Under the pieces are notes generated by a model that saw only the letters and a list, made by a program, of their open reading frames with translations, was not told the DNA's origin and made no database searches. Below are positions 9,207 through 18,415 of a DNA stretch of 64,000 nucleotides, piece by piece; positions within the stretch are counted from its first letter, which is position 1; each line of letters begins with the position of its first letter. This DNA comes from an uncultured Gemmatimonadaceae bacterium (lineage in GTDB: Bacteria; Gemmatimonadota; Gemmatimonadetes; Gemmatimonadales; Gemmatimonadaceae). Location of the stretch: assembly GCA_963822945.1 (NCBI GenBank), contig CAWGJO010000020.1, forward strand, positions 320,001 to 384,000, written 5' to 3'. The position numbers and the translations under genes were made by a program.

Positions 9207-10424
9207 CTACAGCGCTCGCATCTGGGGCGTCTGGCGGAAGGCCCACACACAATACGCGAAAATCATCGCCGCGGTGCCAGAGATGGCCCACTGATCGCCG
9301 AGATGCTCGGCGAGCACCCCGGCAATGAGCGCGCCCACGGCCTGGGAGAGGCCGACGACGATGAACGAATAGGCTGCCATGAGCCGCCCGCGCAGGTGAT
9401 CGGGCACGATCGACTGCAGGATCCCGTTGGCCAGCGCCCCACTCACGATCATCGCGAATCCGACGGCGAGCAGAGCCGGGTACGCCATGGCCGGTGTGTA
9501 GACGAGCCCGAACAGCACGAGGAGGAGCGCATAGGCGCGCACGCCGCCCTCCCAGAGGCGGCCGCGCGGCCAGTTGGCGCCCGCGGCGGCCAGCCACAGG
9601 GCGCCGCCGAGCCCGCCGATGCCGACACAGGCGAGGAGGAGCCCGTACCCGCCGGCGCCCATGTTCAGCCGGTCGCGCGCCACCACCGGCATGAGCACCA
9701 GATACGGCACACCGAGAATCGAGTACACGGCCACGACCTTGAGCATCGCGGCCACCGCCTTCGTGTCGCGCAGGTACCGGACGCCTTCGATGGCGCCGGC
9801 GAGCGGGGAGGCAACGACAGCCGTCGGGTGCCATTTCGGAAGCCGTATCATGTACAAGCCGACGAGCACCGCCACGTAGCTCAGCGCGTTCAGGCCGAAG
9901 CACCAGGCGATGCCCAACTGCGCGATGGCGGCGGCGCCGACGGCCGGTCCGACGATGCGGGCCAGGTTGAAGCCGCTCGAGTTGAGCGCGATGGCGTCAC
10001 GCAGGTCGTCGCGGCCGACGAGTTCGACGATCAGCGACTGGCGCGCTGGAATCTCGACGGCGTTGATGGCGCCGTTCGCGAACGCGAGTCCGACCAGCCA
10101 CCAGATGGTGGCGGCCCCCGACCAGGTGATGTACCAGAGCGCCACGGCCTGCACGAGAAACAGGATCTGGCCGAGCTTCACCAGGCGGAGCTTGTCGCCG
10201 CGGTCGACGAACACACCGGTGAACAGCGAGAACCCGACGATGGGCCAGGAGGATGCGGAGGCGACGAGGCCGACGAGGAAGGGGCTGTTCGTGAGTTGCA
10301 GCGCCAACCAGCCCAGCGCCATCGTCTGCATCCAGGTGCCGATGAGCGAGAGCGTCTGACCGAACCAGAACAGCCGGAAGTTCCGGTGCTTGACCAGGGC
10401 GCGGAACGGGTTCGCCGTCGGCAT
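9207..10424 (-). CDS. MFS transporter (MFS_3/EntS-like)
   Basis: HRNFRLFWFGQTLSLIGTWMQ, PARQSLIVELV, AIALNS, LRGRLM; about 12 hydrophobic segments. Confidence 0.9.
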   Translation of the reverse strand: MPTANPFRALVKHRNFRLFWFGQTLSLIGTWMQTMALGWLALQLTNSPFLVGLVASASSWPIVGFSLFTGVFVDRGDKLRLVKLGQILFLVQAVALWYITWSGAATIWWLVGLAFANGAINAVEIPARQSLIVELVGRDDLRDAIALNSSGFNLARIVGPAVGAAAIAQLGIAWCFGLNALSYVAVLVGLYMIRLPKWHPTAVVASPLAGAIEGVRYLRDTKAVAAMLKVVAVYSILGVPYLVLMPVVARDRLNMGAGGYGLLLACVGIGGLGGALWLAAAGANWPRGRLWEGGVRAYALLLVLFGLVYTPAMAYPALLAVGFAMIVSGALANGILQSIVPDHLRGRLMAAYSFIVVGLSQAVGALIAGVLAEHLGDQWAISGTAAMIFAYCVWAFRQTPQMRAL

Positions 10425-10489
10425 GCCACCAATATACCGGAGACCGGTGGCCGCGTTGTGGCGTCGGAAGCGCCATCCGGCGCCATGGA

Positions 10490-10515
10490 GCCGCAGATCT
10501 CGCAGACCACGCAGA
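10490..10515 (+). repeat. Left arm: three 9-bp-period CGCAGA units
   Basis: G CCGCAGATC TCGCAGACC ACGCAGA; inverted match (22/26) to 10983..11008. Confidence 0.75.
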
Positions 10516-10535
10516 CGGAGTAGCAGTCGACACGA

Positions 10536-10952
10536 CTACGGTCGAAGTGGCCGCGCCTGCTTCAGCCGGTTCGTCAGGACCAGGCGCTCGAATTGCGGCT
10601 TGGGACCGAAGTTCAACAACAGCCCCCGCTCGATCGTGGTTGCCTTCAAATAGTTGATCACCTGGGCGCGATGCGCCGGGCCGAGGCTCTCCACCGCCTT
10701 CACCTCGACGATGACCTGATCGTCCACAATCAGATCGGCACGGAATTTCCCAACCACCCGCCCACGGAATTTGACGGGCAATACCACCTCTGCGCGGACG
10801 GTCGCACCGGCGTCCGCGAGAGCCGCCATGAGGGCCCGGCGGTAGACGCTCTCGAGAAACCCCCAGCCGAGTTCCCGGTACACACCAAAGAAGGCGCCGA
10901 TCACCCGGTAGGTAATCGGATCCCTCGTCTGATCGCTTTCGGCCTGAGGCAA
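10536..10952 (-). CDS. GxxExxY family protein (PD-(D/E)XK nuclease-like fold)
   Basis: YRELGWGFLESVY motif, RADLIV...IVEVKA, AQVINYLKAT...GLLLNF; TTG start at 10952 with AGGAG just upstream. Confidence 0.9.
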   Translation of the reverse strand: MPQAESDQTRDPITYRVIGAFFGVYRELGWGFLESVYRRALMAALADAGATVRAEVVLPVKFRGRVVGKFRADLIVDDQVIVEVKAVESLGPAHRAQVINYLKATTIERGLLLNFGPKPQFERLVLTNRLKQARPLRP

Positions 10953-10982
10953 CGCGGCTCCTGGGTGATCGGCTGTGCCATT

Positions 10983-11008
10983 TCTGTGTGCTCTGCGTGT
11001 TCTGCGGC
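10983..11008 (-). repeat. Right arm: three 9-bp-period C(G/A)CAGA units, inverted relative to left arm
   Basis: Minus strand reads G CCGCAGAAC ACGCAGAGC ACACAGA. Confidence 0.75.
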
Positions 11009-11097
11009 CCACGCTGCCAGACCCCGCTCTCGGTAACCCCTTTCCCCAGCGCCTCCATCATCAACTCGCCGCGGGGCGCCACGAAATCCCCGCGGCG

Positions 11098-11126
11098 TGG
11101 CACTCTTTCGCCGGTGCGGGTATTCT
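11098..11126 (+). promoter_or_regulatory. Putative sigma70 promoter for the VWA gene
   Basis: TGGCAC-17 nt-TATTCT, followed by GGAGG and ATG at 11145; preceded by a 10-bp-stem hairpin at 11067..11097. Confidence 0.4.
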
Positions 11127-11144
11127 TGGGAGAGGGAGGCCCGC

Positions 11145-12425
11145 ATGCGATTCCATACCTACACCAAGTTCAGCGCCGAAGCCGCCGACCAGGTGGACCT
11201 CCAGGCGCTCCTCGACAAGCTCGCGGACTTTCTCCTGCAGTCCGGGTTCGCCGGGGCCAACCTGCCATTCGGCGGCAACTTCGACTTCGAGGAGGAACAC
11301 GACCGGTCGCTCGACGCCCTGCGCCAGGCGATCCTCGACGCCCTCATCGAGAGCGGACAGTTCACCCCCGAGATGCTGGAGGCCCTGCGCGGCGAGGGCG
11401 ACGAGGAGTCGCAGGCCAAACTCGCCAAGCTGCTGGACGATCTCGTGCAACGCCTCATCGAGGAGGGGTTTCTCAACCTCGAGGCGCCACCCCAGATGCC
11501 CGGCGCCCACCAGCCGGTCGAGGGCCCGGGCAGCCTCGCCAAAGCCGCCGCCCGCGACGTCCAGTTCAACCTCACCGAGAAGGGCATCGACTTTCTCGGA
11601 TACAAGACGCTGCGGAACCTGCTCGGCTCGCTGGGCAAGTCGAGCGCCGGCAGTCACGAGACGCCCCATCTGGCCACCGGCATCGAGGCCGACGGCTGGA
11701 GCAAGCCGTACGAGTTCGGCGACGTCCTGAACCTCGACGTCAACGAAACCCTCAAGAACGCGCTCGCCCGCACCGGCAAGATCGAGGTGCCCATCGACCT
11801 CGACTACGGCGATCTGATGGTGCGCCAGGCCGAGTACCGCTCGTCGTGCGCCACCGTCCTGATGCTCGACTGCTCACACTCGATGATCCTGTACGGCGAG
11901 GACCGGTTCACGCCGGCCAAGAAGGTGGCCCTGGCGCTCACCCACCTCATCCGCACGCAGTTTCCCGGCGACACACTCAAGGTCGTGCTCTTCCACGACT
12001 CGGCTGAGGAGATTCCGATCGCCACGCTGGCCGGGGCGCAGGTGGGACCGTACCACACGAACACCGCCGAAGGGCTCAAGCTGGCCCGGCGGCTGCTGAT
12101 GGCCCAGAAGAAGGACATGCGGCAGATCATCATGATCACCGACGGCAAGCCGAGCGCGCTCACCATGCCCGACGGCCAGATCTACAAGAACGCGTTCGGG
12201 CTCGACCTCACCGTCATCCAGGAAACACTCAAGGAAGTGGCGCGCTGCCGGCAGGCCGGCATCATGATCAACACGTTCATGCTGGCGCGCGACCGGGCCC
12301 TGGTGGAATTCGTCAAACGCGTGTCGGAGATCAGCCGCGGCAAGGCGTACTTCACCACTACCATGAGTCTCGGCCAGTTCATCCTCATGGATTTCCTGAA
12401 GCGGAAGACGCGGAAGGTCTCATAG
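11145..12425 (+). CDS. VWA domain-containing protein (likely partner of the AAA+ ATPase)
   Basis: MIDAS motif DCSHSM, TNTAEGL, ITDGKPS; GGAGG RBS. Confidence 0.88.
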   Translation: MRFHTYTKFSAEAADQVDLQALLDKLADFLLQSGFAGANLPFGGNFDFEEEHDRSLDALRQAILDALIESGQFTPEMLEALRGEGDEESQAKLAKLLDDLVQRLIEEGFLNLEAPPQMPGAHQPVEGPGSLAKAAARDVQFNLTEKGIDFLGYKTLRNLLGSLGKSSAGSHETPHLATGIEADGWSKPYEFGDVLNLDVNETLKNALARTGKIEVPIDLDYGDLMVRQAEYRSSCATVLMLDCSHSMILYGEDRFTPAKKVALALTHLIRTQFPGDTLKVVLFHDSAEEIPIATLAGAQVGPYHTNTAEGLKLARRLLMAQKKDMRQIIMITDGKPSALTMPDGQIYKNAFGLDLTVIQETLKEVARCRQAGIMINTFMLARDRALVEFVKRVSEISRGKAYFTTTMSLGQFILMDFLKRKTRKVS

Positions 12426-12502
12426 CTCCATCCGCGCCCCGGCAACGGTCGTCCGGCCGGCCCCGCATCGATCCGACCACCGCCCGTGAGTTCTCCCGCC
12501 GG

Positions 12503-13145
12503 TTGCGCGCCTGGTTCCGCCGGAACCATCGCGACCTGCCCTGGCGCCGCACGCGCGACCCGTATCAGATCCTCGTCTCGGAACTGATGCTGCAGCAGAC
12601 CCAGGTCTCGCGCGTGCTGGAATTCTATCCGCGATTTCTCGCCCGGTTTCCCACGGTCCACCACCTGGCGCGTGCCACGCCAGGGCGCGTGCGCGAAGCG
12701 TGGGAGGGGCTCGGGTACTACGCGCGGGCCCGCAACCTGCACGCGCTGGCCCGGCACGTCACCCGGGACGGCGCTGACGGCGTGCTCCCCGCCCACCCCG
12801 ACGAACTCCGCGGCCTGCCGGGCATCGGCGCCTACACGGCGGGCGCGGTGGCGAGTTTTGCCTACGAGACGGCGCGCTGCGGCCGTGGACACCAATGTGG
12901 CCCGGGTGCTCACCCGCGCGTTCGCGCCGAAGCTCGACCCCAAACGCCCCCGGGACCTCACCACGCTCTGGGCGATCGCCGAGCGTGTTCTTCCCCGAAC
13001 GGGCAAGGCGACCTGGATACACAACCAGGCCCTCATGGAACTCGGGGCCCTCGTCTGCACCGCGCGGGTGGCCCGGTGCGAGGCGTGTCCGGTGCGGAGC
13101 TGCTGCAGGACCGGCCGGAAGGCCCGGAAGGGTCCGGCCTCCTGA
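12503..13145 (+). CDS. mutY: A/G-specific adenine glycosylase, short form; apparent frameshift near 12870; start uncertain
   Basis: RDLPWR, SELMLQQTQV, GLGYYARARNL, HhH LPGIGAYTA, then VDTNVARV and the Fe-S motif CTARVARCEACPVRSCC in a second frame. Confidence 0.85.
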
Positions 13146-13332
13146 GGTCGCCGGACCCCGACCACCGGCGGCGGGCGGGCGAGGTCCGATTCGGGGGAAT
13201 TCCAGCCACCCGATCGCCCGGGCGGCACAGGGGCGCCAACCGCCTTATCTTACGTACTCCGCCGGACGCGGCAGCCGTCCCGCCATTCTCATCGTCGGCC
13301 CCCTGGGGGCCCGACCCAACCCCACCCGACCA

Positions 13333-13497
13333 TTGGCGAAGAAACCCAACTACGGATTCCAGAAGCACATGAAGGAACTGGCGCGCAAGAAGAAGAAGGA
13401 GGAGAAGCGCCAGCAACGCCGTGAGGCCGCTGCGGCCAAGCGGGAACAGACGGACACCACTCCGGTGGAAGGCGACCCAGAGGCCGAACAGGAATAA
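13333..13497 (+). CDS. Small basic hypothetical protein (54 aa)
   Basis: TTG start; MAKKPNYGFQKHMKELARKKKKEEKRQQRREA; ends 30 bp before the ABC-F gene. Confidence 0.7.
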   Translation: MAKKPNYGFQKHMKELARKKKKEEKRQQRREAAAAKREQTDTTPVEGDPEAEQE

Positions 13498-13527
13498 TCG
13501 GCTGCGCGCTTCGGCACGCCCCCTGAA

Positions 13528-15489
13528 ATGACGCTCCTCTCCTTTTCCGACGTCGGCGTCGATTTCGGCGCCAACACGCTGTTCTCCGGCATCACGTTCA
13601 CGGTCGGCGCCGGAGACCGATGGGGCATCGTCGGCCGCAACGGTACGGGCAAGACCACCTTGTTCCGTCTCCTCACCGGGGAGATGGAACCCACGCGCGG
13701 CGCTATCGCCCGGCAACCCGGGCTGCGGGTCTCGCTGCTCGAGCAGCACCGCGACTTCGGCGATGCGGCCACGGTGTGGGAAGCGGCGGCCGGAGAGTTG
13801 CGCGAACTCCTGATCCTCGAGCGTTCGCTGGTGGATCAGGCGGCGGCGTTGGCCCACGACTCGTCGGACGAAGCGATGGAGCGCTACGGCCGGGACCTCG
13901 AGCGGTTCGAGCACGAGGGAGGCTACGAGGTCACGTCGCGCATCGACGCGGTGCTGCATGGCCTCGGCTTCGATCCCGTCACGGCCCGCACCACGCCGGT
14001 GAGCGTGCTGAGCGGCGGTGAACGCGGCCGCCTCGGGCTGGCCCGCCAGCTCACGAGCACCGCCGACGTGCTGCTCCTCGACGAGCCGACCAACCATCTG
14101 GACCTCGAGACCACCGAGTGGCTGGAGAACTACCTCCGGAACGTCGGGAAGACGGTGCTCCTGGTCAGCCACGACCGTGCGTTCCTGGCCGGCACGGTGG
14201 ATCACATCCTGCATTTCGAGGGCACCACGGCCACGCCGTACGGCGGCGGGTATCAGGCCTTCGTGGCCCAGCGCGCCGAGCGGCGCCTTACGCAGCAGCG
14301 GGCGTTCGAACAGCAGCAACGCAAGATCGCGCAGGAGAGCGACTACATCGCGCGCAACATCGCCGGCCAGAACAGCCGCCAGGCAAAGGGCCGGCGCAAG
14401 CGACTGGAACGCCTGCCCCGCCTCAGCGCCCCGGTGGGCGGCGAGGACGCAATGGCGCTGCGGTTCGACGTTCACCATCGCGGCGGCGACCGGGTGGTGC
14501 AGGCGGCGAACGTCTGTGTGAAGGTTGGCGAGCGCGTGCTGGTGGAGCGCTTCAACGGCACCCTGATGCGCGGCGACGTGCTCGGGCTGATCGGGCCCAA
14601 CGGCGCCGGGAAGTCCACCCTCATCCGCGCGCTGTTCGGCGAGCACCCGGTGACGTCGGGCGATCTCAAGCTGGGCGGCTCGATCGACGCCGGCTGGTAC
14701 CGGCAGGATCTCTCCCAGGTGCCGCTGGGCCGGACCATCTATCAGACCATCGAGGACCTGCGTCCCACGTGGGACCGCCGCCTGGTCCAGGGACACCTGG
14801 GCCGGTTCGGCTTCTCCGGCGACGAGGTCCAACGCCGCGTCGAGACGCTGTCGGGGGGCGAGCGGGCCCGCGTGGCGCTGGCCATGCTCATGCTGTCGCA
14901 CGCGAATCTGCTCGTGCTCGACGAGCCCACGAATCACCTGGATGTCGAATCCATCGAGGCACTCGAAGACGCCATCGACGCGTACGACGGTACGGTGATT
15001 CTGGTGAGCCACGACCGCGAGCTCCTCCGCACCCTGACCACCAAGGTCTGGGTGCTGCACGACACGCACATCACAGAATTCAACGACGGGTTCGCGGAGT
15101 GGGAGGTGGTGAGCGCCGAGCGTGCGCATGCGGCGTCGGTGCGTGCGGCCGAGGACGTGGCACTCCGCCGCGTGCATGAGCGCAAACGCACGTCCGCCCA
15201 ACGGGAGCGCGAGTCGAATTCGACGGCGGACCCCCGCAAGCAGCTCCGCACCGCAGAGCGCGAACTGGAATCCGCCGAAGCCGACGTGGAGCGGCTGGAA
15301 GCCGAGGTCACCGCGCTCACGTCGGCGCTGGAGGACCCGGATCTCTACACGCGTGCCGACGGCGCCGCCGAGGCCACACGGCTCGGCGGCGAGTTGGATG
15401 CGCGCAAGCGAGAACTGGATTCCGCGCTCGAGCGGTGGGGCGCCGCGAGCGAGCGGGCCGAGGCGTTGGCCGCCGGCGGACAGGCCTAG
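13528..15489 (+). CDS. ABC-F family ATP-binding protein
   Basis: Two ABC cassettes (GRNGTGKT, GPNGAGKS, LSGGE, LDEPTNHLD twice), no membrane segments, C-terminal coiled coil. Confidence 0.93.
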   Translation: MTLLSFSDVGVDFGANTLFSGITFTVGAGDRWGIVGRNGTGKTTLFRLLTGEMEPTRGAIARQPGLRVSLLEQHRDFGDAATVWEAAAGELRELLILERSLVDQAAALAHDSSDEAMERYGRDLERFEHEGGYEVTSRIDAVLHGLGFDPVTARTTPVSVLSGGERGRLGLARQLTSTADVLLLDEPTNHLDLETTEWLENYLRNVGKTVLLVSHDRAFLAGTVDHILHFEGTTATPYGGGYQAFVAQRAERRLTQQRAFEQQQRKIAQESDYIARNIAGQNSRQAKGRRKRLERLPRLSAPVGGEDAMALRFDVHHRGGDRVVQAANVCVKVGERVLVERFNGTLMRGDVLGLIGPNGAGKSTLIRALFGEHPVTSGDLKLGGSIDAGWYRQDLSQVPLGRTIYQTIEDLRPTWDRRLVQGHLGRFGFSGDEVQRRVETLSGGERARVALAMLMLSHANLLVLDEPTNHLDVESIEALEDAIDAYDGTVILVSHDRELLRTLTTKVWVLHDTHITEFNDGFAEWEVVSAERAHAASVRAAEDVALRRVHERKRTSAQRERESNSTADPRKQLRTAERELESAEADVERLEAEVTALTSALEDPDLYTRADGAAEATRLGGELDARKRELDSALERWGAASERAEALAAGGQA

Positions 15490-15498
15490 CGCAACGAC

Positions 15499-18181
15499 TC
15501 AGCGGACCGTCAGGAAACCGCGCAGCCGGATGTCACGGGAACTGGCACCGACCATCACCCGGAACCGCCCGGGTTCCACGATCCAGTGCATCGCCTGATC
15601 GAGCATGTGGAGTTCGTCGGGCCCCAGACGGAAGCTCACCTCCGCCGATTGACCGGGCGCCAGATGCACGCGGCGAAACCCTTCGAGTTGCATCACCGGG
15701 CGACCGGCCGAGGCGAGGACGTCGTGTATATATAGTTGCGCCACCTCGTCGCCTGCCCGCTGCCCGACATTCGTGACCGTGCATCGCACGACCGCCGACT
15801 GCCGGGTGCCGATGGTGTCCGGCGTGATGCGAAGGTTGGAATAGTCGAATCGCGTGTAGCTCAGCCCGAATCCGAACGGGAAGAGCGGCTGGCCGGTGAG
15901 ATCTCCGTAGTCGTCCCCCCGGCCGGTGGGTTGGTGGTCGTACACGAGCGGCAGTTGCCCCTCGGCCACCGGGAAGGTGACGGGCAGGCGGCCCGCGGGA
16001 TCGGCGTCACCGAACAGCACGTCGGCCACGGCGGGTCCGCCCTGCTCCCCCGGGTACCAGGCATCGAGCACCGCATCCACGCGGCCGAGCCATCCGGACA
16101 TCGTGATCGGCGCTCCCGCCGACGAGCACCACGACCACCGGTTTGCCGGTGGCAGCCACGGCGTCGATCAGCGCTTGCTGATGCCCGGGCAAGCCGAGCA
16201 GCGCGCGATCGTGGAACTCCCCTTCCTCGATCCCGGCGACGACCACGGCCACGTCACTGCGGCGCGCCACCTCCACGGCGCTGTCGATCGCCGCCTGCCA
16301 GTCGTCCGGCACCCCCGCATCCCAGACCAGCTTCACCCGCGCGCCCCCCGTGCTCTCGTAGTAGTCGAGGCGCACGGTGTGGGTGCTGCCCGGCGCCAGC
16401 GCGACGTCGGCCATGCGCGTTCCGTACGACCGCTTGATCCAGTCGTCGATGACGAGCTTGCCGTCGACGTAGAGCCGGTAGCCGTCGTTGCCCTCGACGC
16501 CCAGTCGGTGGACGCCGCCGGCCGGCGCGGTGATCGATCCGGTCCAGCGCACCGAGTACCAGTCGAACGGGATCCCGCGGGCCGGCGAATTCAGCGTCCA
16601 GCCGAAGTCGACGGCGTGATCGATGCGGGTGATGAGCGGCGCGCCGTCGAGACCGGTTGTTCGCCCAGTATTCCGCGCGCAGACCATGCACGGTACGGCC
16701 ACTGTCGACGGTCGAGAGGCGTTCGGTGGGAACCGGCACGTACGTCACGGACGACCGCCCGGGTCCGGGCGCGAAGCGCACGCGGGCGGCGCCCAGGCGG
16801 CCGCGAAGCGCATCGAGGATCGACACGCGGCGCCCGCCGGGCGCGCTGTAGTCGCCGAGTCTGGCCTCCGATGCGTCGGCGCCGATGACCGCCACCGACC
16901 CGATGCTATCGGAGAGCGGCAGCGTCTGCGTGGTCGTTCTTGAGGAGGACGATCGCCTCGCGGGCCGCCCGGCGGGCCAGGCGCGATATGGGCGGGGCTT
17001 CCGTTCACGGCCGCAGCGTGTTGGGGATCGACGAACGGATGGTCGAACAGCCCGAGCTGGAACTTCACGCGCAGCACGCGCGCCACCGACGAGTCCATCA
17101 CGGCCTGCGGCACGAGCCCGCGCTCGAACGCGGCGAGGTATGGGCGATACTGGGGATACGAGGACTGGAACACCACGTCGAGCCCGGCACGGAAGGCATC
17201 GCGCGTGGCCGTGGCGGTGCTTGCCTCGGTGTGCTGGAGCACCGTGGGCCCACCGGTGGCAGCCGCGTCGGAGATCACGAATCCCTTGAACCCCCAGGTG
17301 CGCTTGAGCGTTTCGGTGAGCAGCGCGCGGTTCTGGGTGGCCGGGATGCCGTTCACGGAGTTGTACGCGCTCATCACCGAGCGAGCGCCGGCCTGGGTAA
17401 CGGCCGCCTTGAACGGCGGGAAGAAGTATTCGCCCAGCACGCGGGGGTCCCAGTCGATGGGATAGCTGTCGCGCCCGCCGGCGCCGACGTTGGCCACGAA
17501 GTGCTTGGGGGTCGTGACCACACCAGCGTGCTCGAAAGGCTCGATGAAGTTGCGCGCCATCACCGAACTGAGATAGGGATCCTCGCCGTACGTCTCCTCG
17601 ACGCGCCCCCAGCGCACGTCGCTGGCGATGTTCACCACCGGCGACAGCACCTGCCGGATGCCGCGGCTGCGCGTCTCCTGCGCGATGGCCGTGGCGACGT
17701 CGGTCATCAGCGTGGTATCCCACGTGGCGGCCAGGGCGATGGCCTGCGGGAACACCGTAGCGCCCTCGCGCACCAATCCGTGCACCGCCTCGTCGAACGG
17801 GATGATCGGGATGCCGAGCCGCGTGCTGTCCACGAAGTAGCGTTGGATGGCGTTGATCCGCTCCGCCTGCTCGCCGGCGGCGCCGGCCAGCGGAACGCTG
17901 TCGCTACCCGGGGCCTCGCTGATCTGGAGCCCGAACACACCGTGCGAGTAGTCGTCGGCCGGATTGTCCCGGCTGCCGGGAATCATGAACAGCTGCCAGA
18001 ACTTGTCGCGCAGGCTCATGCGGCGCATGAGGTCGTGCACACGCGCGTCGACCGGGAGCCGCGGGTTCCGGTAGGGGGCCAGGGAGTCCGGGGGAGCGGT
18101 CCGCTGCGCGGCGAGCGGTGCGGCGGCGATCGTGCTTCCGGCCAGGCCGAGGACGGCCAGCAGGCGAAGGGAGTGGCGCAT
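15499..18181 (-). CDS. GH3 beta-glucosidase/xylosidase with PA14 and FnIII domains; about 4 apparent frameshifts (near 16985, 16930, 16655, 16108)
   Basis: Signal peptide MRHSLRLLAVLG; RLGIP, WGRVEETYGEDP, KHFVAN, GFVISD; PA14-like WTGSITAP...NDGYRLYVDG; PFGFGLSYT; spread over four ORFs. Confidence 0.88.
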
Positions 18182-18415
18182 GAAGGCGGATCGTACCAGT
18201 GGCGGCGGCCATTTGCCAGCATGCCGACGGTCCGGTTGGCGGACCGCCGCGGCAGGAAGTTTGTGATTTCTTTGTGCGCGCCGGCGTTCATGGTAGCGCC
18301 GGGGGATTGCGAGCGTGGACGGATCAACCAATGGGGAGTGGACTACTTGCGGATCGATCCCGGAGGCTAAAAGATACTTTATCCAATCTGGACCCTCCCG
18401 CCCCTCCCCCTCCCT

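Noticed and set aside
9196..9212. CAGTCTA heptamer repeat
   Set aside because: Only about 2.4 copies and overlapping the MFS stop; more simply a TAGACT -10-like element for the paralogue pair, or chance.
7485..10523. 1012-aa + strand ORF
   Set aside because: Antisense shadow of the MFS and paralogue genes; no motifs; typical of high-GC DNA.
15499..18181. Programmed frameshifting or phase variation in GH3 and other split genes
   Set aside because: No slippery heptamers or long homopolymer/SSR tracts at the break points, and breaks are scattered across unrelated genes.
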